This document shows, one piece after another, positions 1 through 11,739 of a DNA stretch of 64,000 nucleotides. Position 1 is the first letter of the stretch. The number at the start of each line of letters is the position of its first letter. Origin of the DNA: Eledone cirrhosa (lineage: Eukaryota); contig OZ024743.1 of the NCBI GenBank assembly GCA_964016885.1, positions 247,938,001 through 248,002,000 on the forward strand. The letters are read 5' to 3'. The position numbers were made by a program, and so were the translations under genes. Under the pieces are notes generated by a model, which searched no databases, was not told the origin of the DNA, and worked only from the letters and a program-made list of their open reading frames with translations.

Positions 1-267
1 ATATGTATATATATATATGTATATGTATATATATATATATGTATATGTATATATATATATATGTATATGTATATATATATATATGTATATGTATATATAT
101 ATATATGTATGTGTATATATATATATGTATATGTATATATGTATATGTATATATATATATATGTATATGTATATATATATATATGTATATATGTATATGT
201 ATATATATATATGTATATGTATATATATATATATGTATATATGTATATATGTATATATGTATATATG

Positions 268-298
<31 letters not shown>

Positions 299-387
299 GT
301 ATATGTATATATATATATATGTATATGTATATATATATGTATATGTATATATATATGTATATATGTATATATATATATATATATATA
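1..387. repeat. (TA)n/(TATG)n compound microsatellite
   Basis: Directly visible; the Y/I/M/C/V ORFs here are artefacts. Confidence 0.95.
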
Positions 388-1032
388 CCTAAAGATCATA
401 GTGAGAGAGACACAGGCAGACAGACGACAAAGAGGCACACACAGAGAGGCATACGCACATACAGAAGCACACGCATATACACACGCGCGCACACATATAT
501 GTATGTGTATTGGGGAATATACTTTAGAATACATCTTGCCCTACATTCGTGCCTCAATGGAAAATAAAGAAATAACTAGTTTATATTCTCTAAGTATAAT
601 GAAGAAATAATAAAACACGCAATAGTTTATTTCATTTTATTATCATTGTGATTACTTAAAAGAATTATCACTTATACAGACATATCAACTTTCTTATATG
701 AATAGGCCACAGTTTATTGGAATTTACAGTCAATTTTCATTCATACACATACTGTAATTGGGCTTTGTATTAAAATGATTTCATGAAAATTATACGAAAT
801 GTTGGCTGTCCAGTAGAAAAGAATAAACGATTCGTGAGCATCTTTCATATCAGTGACATATTTTAAAGATATTTCCTTTATTTATACCGGAGAGATATAC
901 AGATATATAATTAAATATTGTTCGCATAAAGTCAATTAAAACACACACACACACACACACATTTTTATTGGTGCTCCGAAATAGCGATATACATATGAAT
1001 GTACACGCATCCCGTATATTATGAAATATACA

Positions 1033-1094
<62 letters not shown>

Positions 1095-1175
1095 TTGGGG
1101 ATGGTCATGTTGCATACATTGCCAATAAAATCACACGCACAATTCGATTTTCACTTTATTAGTTATTAGCTAGTT

Positions 1176-1220
1176 AGTCAAAGTTCTTTAATCACACATT
1201 CTGTGACCTCCTCAATGACT
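1176..1220 (-). ncRNA. Degenerate minimal hammerhead ribozyme (same family as 49938-49980)
   Basis: Minus: AGTCA-TTGAGGA-G-GTCACAgaatgTGTGAT-TAAA-GAAC-TT-TGACT; core mutated. The surrounding 1094-1230 is homologous to 49810-50000. Confidence 0.55.
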
Positions 1221-1289
1221 ATTTGTTTTCCTTTATGTCTCCTCTTCTTTCTGCTCTTATTTTGTTTACTCCAGCTTATTTTCAGTTGT

Positions 1290-1342
1290 ATCGATACTAA
1301 TAATATGTAGGTGCAACCAGATCGAAATCATCGTATATCGAT
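1290..1342 (+). ncRNA. Degenerate type I hammerhead ribozyme
   Basis: Stem I ATCGATA/TATCGAT, core CTAATAA (decayed CTGATGA), GAAA-TCATCG-TA. Confidence 0.5.
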
Positions 1343-1576
1343 TTAAATCCTTACTATATGCATAGGGTGAAAGAAGAAATTGTTTGCTTTAAACTTTTAA
1401 TCTGTGTTGATTATAAATATTTTCTCTACGGCTTTATATATATATATATAAGCAAAAGGGATATTTAATTTGTTGGTAATATATATATTTATAACTGATT
1501 CGAAGCACTCGACAGAAAAACTTAAACCCTTAAGATCTCCTTCCTGGATATGTCAATATTTATAAAACAAACTTTG

Positions 1577-1637
1577 TATTTTATCCGATGAGAGCGCACC
1601 AAAGTTTTGGTACCCTTGAAATATATATAATAGAATA
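1577..1637 (+). ncRNA. Minimal type I hammerhead (U4C variant)
   Basis: TATTTTAT-CCGATGA-stem II-GAAA-TATATA-TA-ATAGAATA; paralogue of 4567-4630. Confidence 0.7.
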
Positions 1638-1742
1638 AATATGGTTTTATAAATATAGTTTCCATTTATTAATATCATATATATATATATATATATATTT
1701 GGTGCGTTATGGTCCACCTGGTTCCTTACCACATTTCCTTCG

Positions 1743-1778
<36 letters not shown>

Positions 1779-1854
1779 TGCCAAATCAACCTCACAAATG
1801 CAAGGTGATTGAAAGGTATGTCGTATCTATTTATTTATAAGACTGTTTATATTG

Positions 1855-1920
1855 TATTTTGTCTGAAGATGGCATAACATATTGTTAATATGATATCCCT
1901 GAAATATATATAACGAAATA
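1855..1920 (+). ncRNA. Minimal type I hammerhead
   Basis: TATTTTGT-CTGAAGA-stem II (CATATT/AATATG)-GAAA-TATATA-TA-ACGAAATA; compensatory A-U to G-C pair in stem I relative to the 4567 copy. Confidence 0.75.
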
Positions 1921-2070
1921 AATATGGTTTTATAAATATAGTTTCCATTTATTTAATATCATAAATATACTCCAAATACTTGTTGAGTGCTTTTATATCA
2001 GTTATAAATATTTACTCGTTGTTAACCCAACAATTTAAATATAACTTTCCATATATATATATATATATAT

Positions 2071-3486
2071 AAGGGATAACAAAATATCGTTATAGGTAAT
2101 CCAGTTAGAGGTTGTGAATACTTCGTATTATGGATAGTTTTAGCGTACTGCGTTGTTTGACTCAACAAGGGGTTTACGTAGGCAGCGGGTTTATAAGTTC
2201 ACTTGCATTCCTATGTAAATTTATCTTGGAGTAATAATATTGAAAGAGTGAAGAATAACATGGTCAACAGTACAAAAAAGGGTTTTATTTACAGTCTAAC
2301 AATTGTTTCACTGATTAAGTTGTCTAAAAATTGCTGAACACTTGAAGCTGTGCCACTCAATTTTAAATACGTTGTTATCTTAACCAGATAATCGGAGAAA
2401 ACTAATAAAATTATGTTCAATATTTACGAACTCAAATTACAACATCATCAATAATATTAATAATAAAGATAGAGAGAGAGAAAAAGAAAGGGAGATAGAG
2501 AGAAAAAAAGAAAGAAAAAGGAGAAAGGAAAAAAGAGAAAGATATAGAGAAAAAAGACAAAGAGAAAAAAAAGGATAGAAAGAGAAGAGAAAAGGATAAA
2601 GAAAAAGAAGAATAAAGGGGAAAATAATGATATCAACAATAAATGAATAAATGCTAATAAATAAGTTACATCGAGGATGATACAAAACAATATAAAATAT
2701 GAAAATAAATAAATAAATAAATGTTTATATGTGCGAAGAAAAGTAAACATAGTAAGATTATTGAGAGTAGTTGTGGTGTTGGTGGTTAAAACATAGAGAC
2801 ATGAAGGTATAAACATGAAAATGCTAAATATATTCGTGTGTGTATTGGTTATTTTAATAAATTAATTAGATAATTAATTAATTATTTGATTAATTAATTG
2901 TAAGCTATATTAGAAGGGAAAATAATACGATAAGATAAAATGTAAGAAATGAAATAAATTTACGGAGAGAAATAGAAAGATAGAAAGTGAAAGAGAGAAA
3001 ATATAAAAGGTTATGATGTTGGTTCATTGACAGTTGATGACAATAATAATAATAATAATGATGATAATAGGTTATTATAATAGATCTAAGTGGTACAATT
3101 TGAGTTATGGAATAGATGGGATGAATTAAGTTGGTCTAAAATTATCGAATTTGGTCGCCGTTTTATTCCTACAGAAAATAGTTCTTTCAATTTTGCTGTT
3201 AAGTAGCATTTTGTTGTATTTTAAAATTTGGAATAGACAGTGAGACATGCCAATTCTATAAGCTATTGCCGTTGATAACTTCATCCAGCTGATTCTATAT
3301 TCCTGGTTTGCATCTTTGAGCTGCCAGATTTTATTGGCGAGCGTCGTTGTATTCATAAGCTTCCTGTTATTTATAGAGTGTCTGTGGACATACCACCTTT
3401 TCTTGAACTCCTCCTCAGTGAAACAATTGTTAGACTGTAAATAAACCCCTTTTTTGTACTGTTGACCATGTTATTCTTCACTCTTT

Positions 3487-3492
<6 letters not shown>
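2071..3492 (-). mobile_element. 5'-truncated Penelope-like retroelement with inverted terminal segment
   Basis: GIY-YIG C-terminus at 3126-3418; ~2236-2313 is an inverted copy of ~3416-3492; (TA)n on both sides. Confidence 0.8.
3126..3418 (-). pseudogene. Penelope GIY-YIG endonuclease C-terminal fragment
   Basis: TEEEFKKRWYVHRHSINNRKLMNTTTLANKIWQLKDANQEYRISW...AY...C...LLNSKIERTIFCRN matches the PLE endonuclease motif series. Confidence 0.8.
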
Positions 3493-3540
<48 letters not shown>

Positions 3541-3546
<6 letters not shown>

Positions 3547-4550
3547 GGAAGCAGAAAATTGCTTATTGTAATCCAGTTCGTGGTTAAGAAAGCCAGTTTC
3601 ATGGACGGTTTCAACGTACGGTTAGGGGTAACCCCACAAGTTTGTAAGAATCACGTTCAATCTTGGAGTATAAAGGGTAAAAGAGAAAACACAGGTAAGC
3701 ATTAAAAAAGGATTTTATCCAGGAATTTACGACCGTTTCATTGGTAAGTGCAACCTTATATTGCTATGCTACAAATAGCAGCCACTCAATAATAATTGTT
3801 GTACACGTCCAAATTTTCAAAATAGTGAGTAAGTTACTCTTAAAAAGTTCTTAATATATAGAAAAACATTTTTGGGGAATTGTATTTACTAGTATAGAGA
3901 GAGAGGAAGAGGAATTAGAAAGTGGATTGACAAACGGAGTAGTATAGAGAGAGGGGAAGGGGGAGAAGGATTAGGAAGTAGAGTGACAAACTGAGATGGA
4001 GGGAGGGAGGGGTAGAGGTGGAAGGATTCCTCGATTAGTTTTGATTCGTAGACTTCATGTCGTCGATTTACAGTGTAGGGAGTTAAAGAGAATTAAATTG
4101 TTTATAGTGGGAGGGGTGGAGAGAGAGATAAATATATATATAAAAAAATAAAAATAAAAATAAAGAAGGGGGGGGGGCGGAGAAAGAAGAAAAGAAAAGA
4201 TAGCAAAAAAGGGAGAGAAGAAAGGAAGAAAAACGAAAAGAAATAGAAAAGGAATGAAAGAGGAGGGAGGGATATAGGTATTGGTTATTGTGGGTAATTA
4301 AAGGGGTTAGATACAATAAGAGGGTAGAAAGTCTAAGTATATGCAGTTTGTCAGGTGGTAGTAAGAGGTTAAGGGTTCGATTTGCACTTGTAGTGCGAAA
4401 ACTTTTCTTTGAGTCTATGGTTACAATAAATTGATCTTTCGATTTTATTGTTGAGTAACTTATTCTTCGAACTCAAAATGTGGAACAGCTCAAGGTCACA
4501 TAACCGACAGCTTCTCATACTACTCCGATATGGGGACGCGTTCGATAATT
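3541..4550 (-). mobile_element. Second 5'-truncated Penelope-like element, related family
   Basis: GIY-YIG end at 4369-4550; 3' region shares ATTGAGTGGC, TGAAAC, TACTCCAAGAT and AACTGGATTAC blocks with the 2071-3492 element. Confidence 0.75.
4369..4550 (-). pseudogene. Penelope GIY-YIG endonuclease C-terminal fragment
   Basis: KLSNASPYRSSMRSCRLCDLELFHILSSKNKLLNNKIERSIYCNHR (PY..CxLC..E..LN..E..CxH). Confidence 0.8.
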
Positions 4551-4566
4551 TATAAAACAAACTTTG

Positions 4567-4630
4567 TATTTTATCTGATGAAAGCGTACCAATGTTGTCT
4601 TGGTACCCTTGAAATATATATAATAAAATA
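4567..4630 (+). ncRNA. Intact minimal type I hammerhead ribozyme
   Basis: Stem I TATTTTAT/ATAAAATA (8 bp), CTGATGA, stem II AAG-c-GTACCAA/TTGGTAC-c-CTT, GAAA, palindromic stem III ATATATAT, cleavage triplet AUA. Confidence 0.85.
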
Positions 4631-4679
4631 AATATGGTTTTATAAATATAGTTTTCATTTATTTAATATCATTATATAA

Positions 4680-4714
<35 letters not shown>

Positions 4715-4782
4715 AGGTGAGTTTTATTGTAGAACAATAAAACTATGCATATATCGGATAAGTAGCACAGAACAGTTGAGTG

Positions 4783-4925
<143 letters not shown>

Positions 4926-5315
4926 CACATAGTATCTCGTTTTAATAAACATACAATTATTCACGCAAATTGTATGTTTATTATAATCCACAATGTCGAT
5001 AGATTAATTAATAGTGCCAATTATTCGTTTAAAACATGTTATCAATACATACACTGCTGTGGAAATTAGACTGACAATTTCAACATACAATGAATAGTAT
5101 AAGATAATCTCTATGTGCATAGATGGTTGGCTCTGTATTTTTTTTTAGAAATGTGCACGAACACATAAATGCAACCAAAACACTGCCAGCCATTCCTCTC
5201 CCTATCTATCCACCTCTTACACCAATTACTTCTCTGAGTTAATGAAATAGAATCGGTAGGCTACCAAGCATCTCTTTTCTAAATGGATGTAAAAGAGAAA
5301 GAGAGGACTAATATT

Positions 5316-5476
5316 TTATATCATCTGAGGCAGGTATGGGTAACTCTTTTCGAGCAGTGGATCACATTGGCTATGGCTCATCACAAGGCGGGTTGCACTA
5401 GAAAAGTTCAAGGCAATTTTGAAATCAGGCGTGCCATTCAGAAAGCCAAACGGGCCGCAGTTTTCCCATGACTGAT
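5316..5476 (-). CDS. Putative terminal coding exon of an unidentified gene
   Basis: Acceptor ccttag|AT in phase 1; open frame DQSWENCGPFGFLNGTPDFKIALNFSSATRLVMSHSQCDPLLEKSYPYLPQMI*; in phase with exon 5585-5824; locally GC-rich. Confidence 0.5.
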
Positions 5477-5584
5477 CTAAGGTGATGTCAATATATATCG
5501 ACTAGTCTCGATGTTCATTTTCCTTACAGAATGTTTTTTTTTTTTTAAATATATTATTCACTGGGAATAACAACAATGAGCAAC

Positions 5585-5824
5585 CTATACCATCGCTATC
5601 CCAATGATATGAGCCCGAACAGTGTGGGTCATCGCTCTCTGGCATGCAGGAGCTTGGGCGCAAGCTGTCTTGTGGAGAAAGCCTTAAACTGGCGGATAGC
5701 GAAGGAGACGTGTTAAATAAACATTCCAATTTGCGCGTTTCACCTCTACGGGTGGCCATTTCTGTCTCGATAGCAGTAAGTAGGGTGGTGGTACGGGGAC
5801 CAAGAACAGCAGAAGTCTCTACTG
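5585..5824 (-). CDS. Putative internal coding exon (240 bp, phase 1-1)
   Basis: Acceptor ttgtag|CA, donor AG|gttgct (or G|gtatag at 5591); open frame VETSAVLGPRTTTLLTAIETEMATRRGETRKLECLFNTSP...GSYHWDSDGI; 108 bp intron to the next exon. Confidence 0.5.
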
Positions 5825-6289
5825 CTACAAGTTCAAAGATAAATGTTAAACAGATGTTAAACACGGGAGGTTTTACATGGTCACTCAACATGTTGGATAT
5901 AGCAGCCAAATCTCCCTCCAAATAACACCCCAACGTCTTTAATAAAGTATATACTGGACAGTGTAGTTTTTCTTTATATACAAAAAGACCGGAGGGTCAC
6001 AATTGGAAGGTTTTTCATCATAAGTCTGTTGTCTGTCAGTCAGGCTTGATATGAGGCGAAACAGCCATCAAATTTACTCGAGCAAACAAGGGTAGCATCT
6101 GTGTGGTCACTCGGTCAGATGAGAATAGCAGCCTACTGTCTTAAATTACAGTAAAGATACATTAGACAATGTAGTCCTATATATACAAAAATATGAGATA
6201 ATATCAACACATATATATATATATATATGAACTAGGAGAAACCTGCCTGGTGGGGATGTTTCTCCTAGTAAAAATAAATATGCATAGGC

Positions 6290-6320
<31 letters not shown>

Positions 6321-6998
6321 CAGGGGAAGTGTATATAAAGCTGAATACACAGTAAAAGGCGCCTATTGTATACATATACGTCTCGCTTTTATTTACAGAA
6401 ATATATCGTTTTCAAACTATCTGACCAGTTAGTAGTGTATTTAGTTGCTCGATCTCTCTAGTGGACAGATTGCCATTACTGGCCCAACACATAAAAGAGA
6501 ACATGTAGCAAACATCAACCTTTTTGATAATCATAGATTAATTAATATTGAGTTATTTTCCAAAGATCAATACAATGTCAATAACTATTGTTTTACAAGA
6601 AAAAAAAACTCTTTGTTGATTTTTTTCCATTATTTACGCCGTTGATTAACTAATACAGCAGTGTTGTGACTAAGACAGCCTCTAATTGAAGACTTAAAAT
6701 AGAAGCACAAATAAAGTCACACAGTTCTTGTAAATATAATTCTTTATGTGGAGTATTAAACAAAAAAGTATCAAAAGATTTATTGTCATTTTAATGACTT
6801 CATTATAAATGGAACTGAGAAAATTGAAAGTAAATTTTGTTTTTAACTAGACAGACAGAAAACGATTTTTTGTGGTTTAGTCGATATATATGATATTTAC
6901 ACTCGTTTTATAGGTTTGTGTAATAAACACACTAAACATGCACTACATACGTGTGTGTTTGTATGTATATATAAATAATAATAGCTTTTGAATATAAC

Positions 6999-7102
<104 letters not shown>

Positions 7103-7105
7103 TAT

Positions 7106-7589
7106 TTAAATCGAGTCAGGCAAACCATATTGATTTAAACTAGTATTTTTTCAACCTAGCTAACTTGGAAAGATTCCCTTCTTTGAGCTATTTAGTTGTA
7201 AAAGACTATTTTGAGTTTATAAATCAATATATGATATTCTCCGGCTCCGTGTGTAGATCTAACCTTAGTCTCATAAACCCAGCTGCTATTTTTAGCGGCA
7301 TGAGTATGAGACACGCTAGGCGCTGCGACATGTGCGTTTATATCAGCATATCTCTCAGTCTTCCTAGATCCTTTGAGGTGAAAGGTACGAATTTTCCTGG
7401 ATACCCGCAGATGAGCACAGGAATTCTGGCTTTCACTTGATAATTCTTGCGAAACAGATTTTGGTCTGTCCGGGTATCAAAGGCTATTGCCCGATATAGG
7501 TTTGTTATTTTTATTGATTTATTACTTTAAATCGAGTCAGGCAAACCATATTGTTTTAAATTAGTATTTTTTCAACCTAGCTAACTTGG
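7106..7589 (+). mobile_element. Retrozyme-like / non-autonomous PLE element with ~62 bp terminal direct repeats
   Basis: TTTAAATCGAGTCAGGCAAACCATATTG...CTAGCTAACTTGG at ~7106 and ~7527 (period ~421 bp), enclosing a hammerhead. Confidence 0.65.
7400..7478 (+). ncRNA. Type I hammerhead (U4A variant) with full stem III
   Basis: GATACCCG-CAGATGA-GCAcAGGAATT..AATTCTTGC-GAAA-CAGAttttggTCTG-TC-CGGGTATC; GUC cleavage triplet. Confidence 0.75.
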
Positions 7590-7782
7590 TCATTTGCAAT
7601 TGGAACACATGTATACTTATATCTGTGTTCATCCCTCTCATATATCCAATTATATATATATGCACACATAATATGATTTATTGGGGCGTTTGGATGATTT
7701 GAAATTGGAATCCAAACGCAGAAATCACTATTAATAATAATAGCATTAGAAAATCGGGCACACATTTTTTCTGTATCATTGA

Positions 7783-7998
7783 GGGATTGGCACTATCTGT
7801 AGAGCATCGAATCCCTGCTTCGCGGCATAGAGTTATGGCCCTTTACGTTCTGAGTTCAAATCCCGCCGAGGTTAGCTTTGCCTTTCATCCTTACGGGGTC
7901 GATCAAATAAAGCACAAGTAACACACACTGGGGTCGATTTAATCGACTTTTCCCTCCCTTCAAATTGCTGGCCTTATACCAAATGTAGAAACAATTAT
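7783..7998 (+). mobile_element. tRNA-derived SINE, family A
   Basis: B-box GAGTTCAAATCC, then CTTTGCCTTTCATCC..GGGGTCGAT body; many copies in the window. Confidence 0.85.
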
Positions 7999-9074
7999 TT
8001 ATAGCGAGTTTCTAGTTTACATTCCAACTTTTCAAATTTGTATCATTTATACACGATGGAACCGTGTTCTAGAGGAAATTAAATGAAAAGAGGACAGCGT
8101 TTATATTGTCCTTCAAAACATTACAGACGTCAGCGAAACAAAACTGTCTCAACTGAGAATGCAAACCAGGTTGCTGATATAGCTCTTTAGGAGCTTACCA
8201 CTTAATTCTTGACCGTTGGCCAATATTAGGATAACAGTATTTCTTATTTTAGCATTCACGGATGCAAAACCTTGGATACATGATCAGTGTTGTATCCTGA
8301 AGTCATTGAGTGTTTCGAGTCCTACAACATACACCCGCATCTAGGTAACCTAACTGAGGTTAATCTAGCCTCAGACTGTTTCCAAGTGACAAACATACTA
8401 CTGACATTACCGGTCACATCTCTTCAACCAAAGCGGAAAATATTTTCTAGACAGAAAATTCTAATATTTCTCATAAATCCATGTTATATACATCAGAGAC
8501 ACTCGTTTTAGAAAACGGTTTAGGCTATAAACAATTCAAAATATACGTTAAACCTTAAATTCAGTTTAAATAAATAACGTTCCAACGAAACACTGAAATA
8601 GCGTGAACAGAAAATTGTAGTTTATCAAATACTAACCAAGTTGTATGTTATCGTTAGAAACAAATGTTTATAGTTGAACTTTGCTGTACTTTAGCGCAAA
8701 TGTTGCTAAAAATGTCAGTCAAGAAGATCATATCGGCTCGCAACATTTATTTTCAGAAATTGACATATATTTTTAGATATTTAGCTAAGCTGCTGTTTTA
8801 GTTTTTGTTTTTATTCACTAAACAGTAAGCTTTATTGTTGTCATGCACCATATTCACTTAAACAGATGCTTCAGTTAGTGCATTGTATGTGAAATTAAAT
8901 ACAAGTCGACTTTATAAGCCTGAAAATACACTAAAACGTAGGCTCAATATAGAGTGAGGGTGACGATGTCGTCTGGTAAACAAGTTTCGCAATTGACCGC
9001 ATATGATTAGTGACGCCATTGGTTATTTGTTTACAACATTAATGCAAATGACAGACATTTACGTTTTACTATAC

Positions 9075-9185
9075 TTTGCAAACCACATGGTTCCGGTTCG
9101 ATCCCACTGTACAACGCATTAGGCAATTGTCTTCTACTGTAGCCTTCGGTTGACTAATGTGTTGTGGGTGGAATCTGACAGACAC
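9075..9185 (+). mobile_element. tRNA-derived SINE, family B fragment
   Basis: GGTTCGATCCCACTG..TGTCTTCTACT..GGTTGAC..GTGGAAT; homologous to 53388-53545. Confidence 0.7.
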
Positions 9186-9264
9186 ACGTATACACACGGT
9201 GTGTGAGTGTACATTTCATATATGCATGTAGGAATCTTTCTAAACTTAAAGAGAGAGATAATAT

Positions 9265-9296
<32 letters not shown>

Positions 9297-10936
9297 TTAA
9301 ATCTGGATTATACCAATAGATACTCTGAAAAGCAACATCTAACTCTCTAATAGAGAACTGGTGTTCACGATTTCGAGTGTCTCAAAAAAAACAAAAAAAA
9401 AAAAAAGGACTGTATTCATGAACTGACGACGAATAAAGTATTCAGTTAATGGTTTTGGTGAATTATATACTTTATGTATTTTCATTTCTTATACAAATGT
9501 CAGGTTTTCACCCAGACGTTCAGTGGCCCGCTCCACTAGGGTAGCCCAATCAATTCCTGGGATGGGAAGGGGAGTGTCGATAATTTGGGGGAGCCATGGC
9601 CTACTGTCTTCGTTTCTAATCCAGTAGTTTCTGGTTTTGTTTTCATCGTTTAGACACTTTCTAAAACTACGCATATTTATCTTCCCTTTATGTGCTATGT
9701 ACAGACTTAGTTACAGGAAACTGAATGAAAATTAGTTAATAGCGCATTAATCTTAAATTGGATTCAAGGCTAAGTTTTGAAGCAGCCACTGTGTCTGTAC
9801 ATGTCAGTGTTTTGTACACACACACACACACAAACGCACGTATACACACACCTAAAACAGATATGCATTAATGTTCCATAATGTTGAAAATAACCGGTTA
9901 TCTATCAATCTATGTATTGCACATGTTTGTGTGTGTATATATATATATTGTATGTGTGTAAACGTATATGTGAACACAGGAAAGTGTGTTGATACATGTG
10001 GTTCATATATCCACGGTTAATCAATATATTCGCCATATATGAATTTATACATTATTTGATTTCAATACATGATTTATTTCCTTCAAGGAAATATTTTTAT
10101 GAGGGACACAACAATAATTGTGTCTGGATTTCATGACCAGACACGGATATGAAGAAGAAGAGATGGTTGTGATGGTGGTTAATCCATGCATCCTCTTTAA
10201 TTACAAACAGGATAATGATTGTCATCACTCCCTTACGTCGGCGGATCACACTTCTGAATGTGTTGCTGAATATGAGTATAGAATAACGGATATTAGTTAC
10301 TTTCTTGCTTGATATTGTACAAGGCGGTCAATTGGCGGGACAAAATGCTTTTCAAATCCAACCGAAGTCAATTTTATCTTTCGTTATTTTTGGTTCGATA
10401 AAATAAAGTACCTATATAGGGGCAGTAGATTGACTAAATTATGAGAAAGCCAGACGGCATGCCTCGTAGGATTTGTTCCGAATTAAAATCCTGATCTTGC
10501 TATTTAGGTGGCAGACTTAACCCATCACCTAGTTTAATGCCATCGCCTTGGGTGCCGTTAGTTCACTCTGCAACAAGCATTCAGGCCAAGCCCTCGGTTT
10601 GTGGATAACTACACTGTTTACAGAGTCAATATAATATTTGTTATTAATAATGACTGTTTACTTGGAAGTTTCACAGAAGTTACCAGCTTATTAGTGAAAT
10701 GTCTTTCGCTATAGCCAAAGGTCGACCCAAGCATTGTGAGAGAAATTGGATAAATGGAGACTGTTTAGAAGTCATTTAAATGGACTGTACCTATAATTCA
10801 GAGAGCTAGCCTTATGACATACTGATTCACGCTGAATCTTCCTGAGTGTTTCGTGAAAAACATTAATTTAGCAAGTAGACTCTTCTGTTGGCGGAAAAAA
10901 ACAGGTACACCAAATGTGGATTAGTAATGAAATAAT

Positions 10937-11120
10937 TGTTTCTACGTTAGGCACAAGGCCAGCAATTACCCAGTGTATTACTGGTACTTTATTTTATCGA
11001 CCCCGTAAGGATGAAAGGCAAAGTTAACCTCGGCGGGATTTGAACTCAGAGTGGCAAGGGCCGTAACTCTATGCGTCAAAGCATGGCGTCCGACCCTCTA
11101 CCAATACTGCCAATCCACCA
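10937..11120 (-). mobile_element. SINE family A with target-site duplication
   Basis: Reverse-complement SINE body; TTAGTAATGAAATAAT at 10921 and 11121. Confidence 0.9.
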
Positions 11121-11285
11121 TTAGTAATGAAATAATAAACAGTAACTGTATTTATTTATACTACACCACTTACTCTGGAATTAACAGCGTAAATGTACAA
11201 CAATGGAAAATAACTGATATAATCGAGAATTAGCAATAATAAAAACAGCAGATTTTCGTTATTAGCAAACATAGAGGGCGATGGA

Positions 11286-11445
11286 GGCGGCGAATTGGCA
11301 GAGTCGTTAGACCATCGGATATAATGCTCTCCAGTATTCGTTCAAACACTCTGCTCTCTGAGTTCAAATCCCACCAAGGTCAATTTTGCCTTTCATCCAT
11401 TTACAGTCGATGAAAAGTACCAGTCTAGTACTGGCGTCAATTTTT
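11286..11445 (+). mobile_element. SINE family A
   Basis: A-box TGGCAGAGTCGTTAG, B-box GAGTTCAAATCC. Confidence 0.85.
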
Positions 11446-11739
11446 CCTCTGTATTTCTTTCTTACTTCCTTTCTCTCACTCTTTCTATCCCTTTCTGAAA
11501 GAAATCTGCTGTATTCTGGTGGGGAGATGGGCTTCGCCAGGTTTTAAAATACCCTAAAAACGCCGTATGTCAATATAGCGCCCCTACGACTCCTTCAGGA
11601 GTTGCGGGTCCATACATGCATACATAGGGCAGTGGATTAGAAGTATCGTTAAGGCATCGAACTCTACGTTCTGGTTTCAAATCCAGTCGCGGTCAACTTT
11701 GTCTTTCACCAGAAGCAACGCAAAACAACCATGTGATAG

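Noticed and set aside
3-610. Long Y/I/C/M/V-rich ORFs (also 47411-48288, 51455-53133, 53750-54277)
   Set aside because: Translations of TA/TG/CA microsatellites that lack stop codons
2437-2816. Hydrophobic F/L/S-rich ORFs (also 4083-4316, 49176-49484)
   Set aside because: Purine/pyrimidine low-complexity tracts, not membrane proteins
6425-6535. Possible further minus-strand exons (also 10237-10265, ~47391-47425)
   Set aside because: Weak splice sites or incompatible phase; no supporting evidence
9418-9476. Possible hammerheads at CTGACGA sites (also 12834, 15830, 63414) and TTGACAA at ~54709
   Set aside because: GAAA strand or stems missing or too degenerate to support a call
11286-11380. 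tRNA genes at A/B-box motifs
   Set aside because: SINE heads with no cloverleaf, followed by the SINE body
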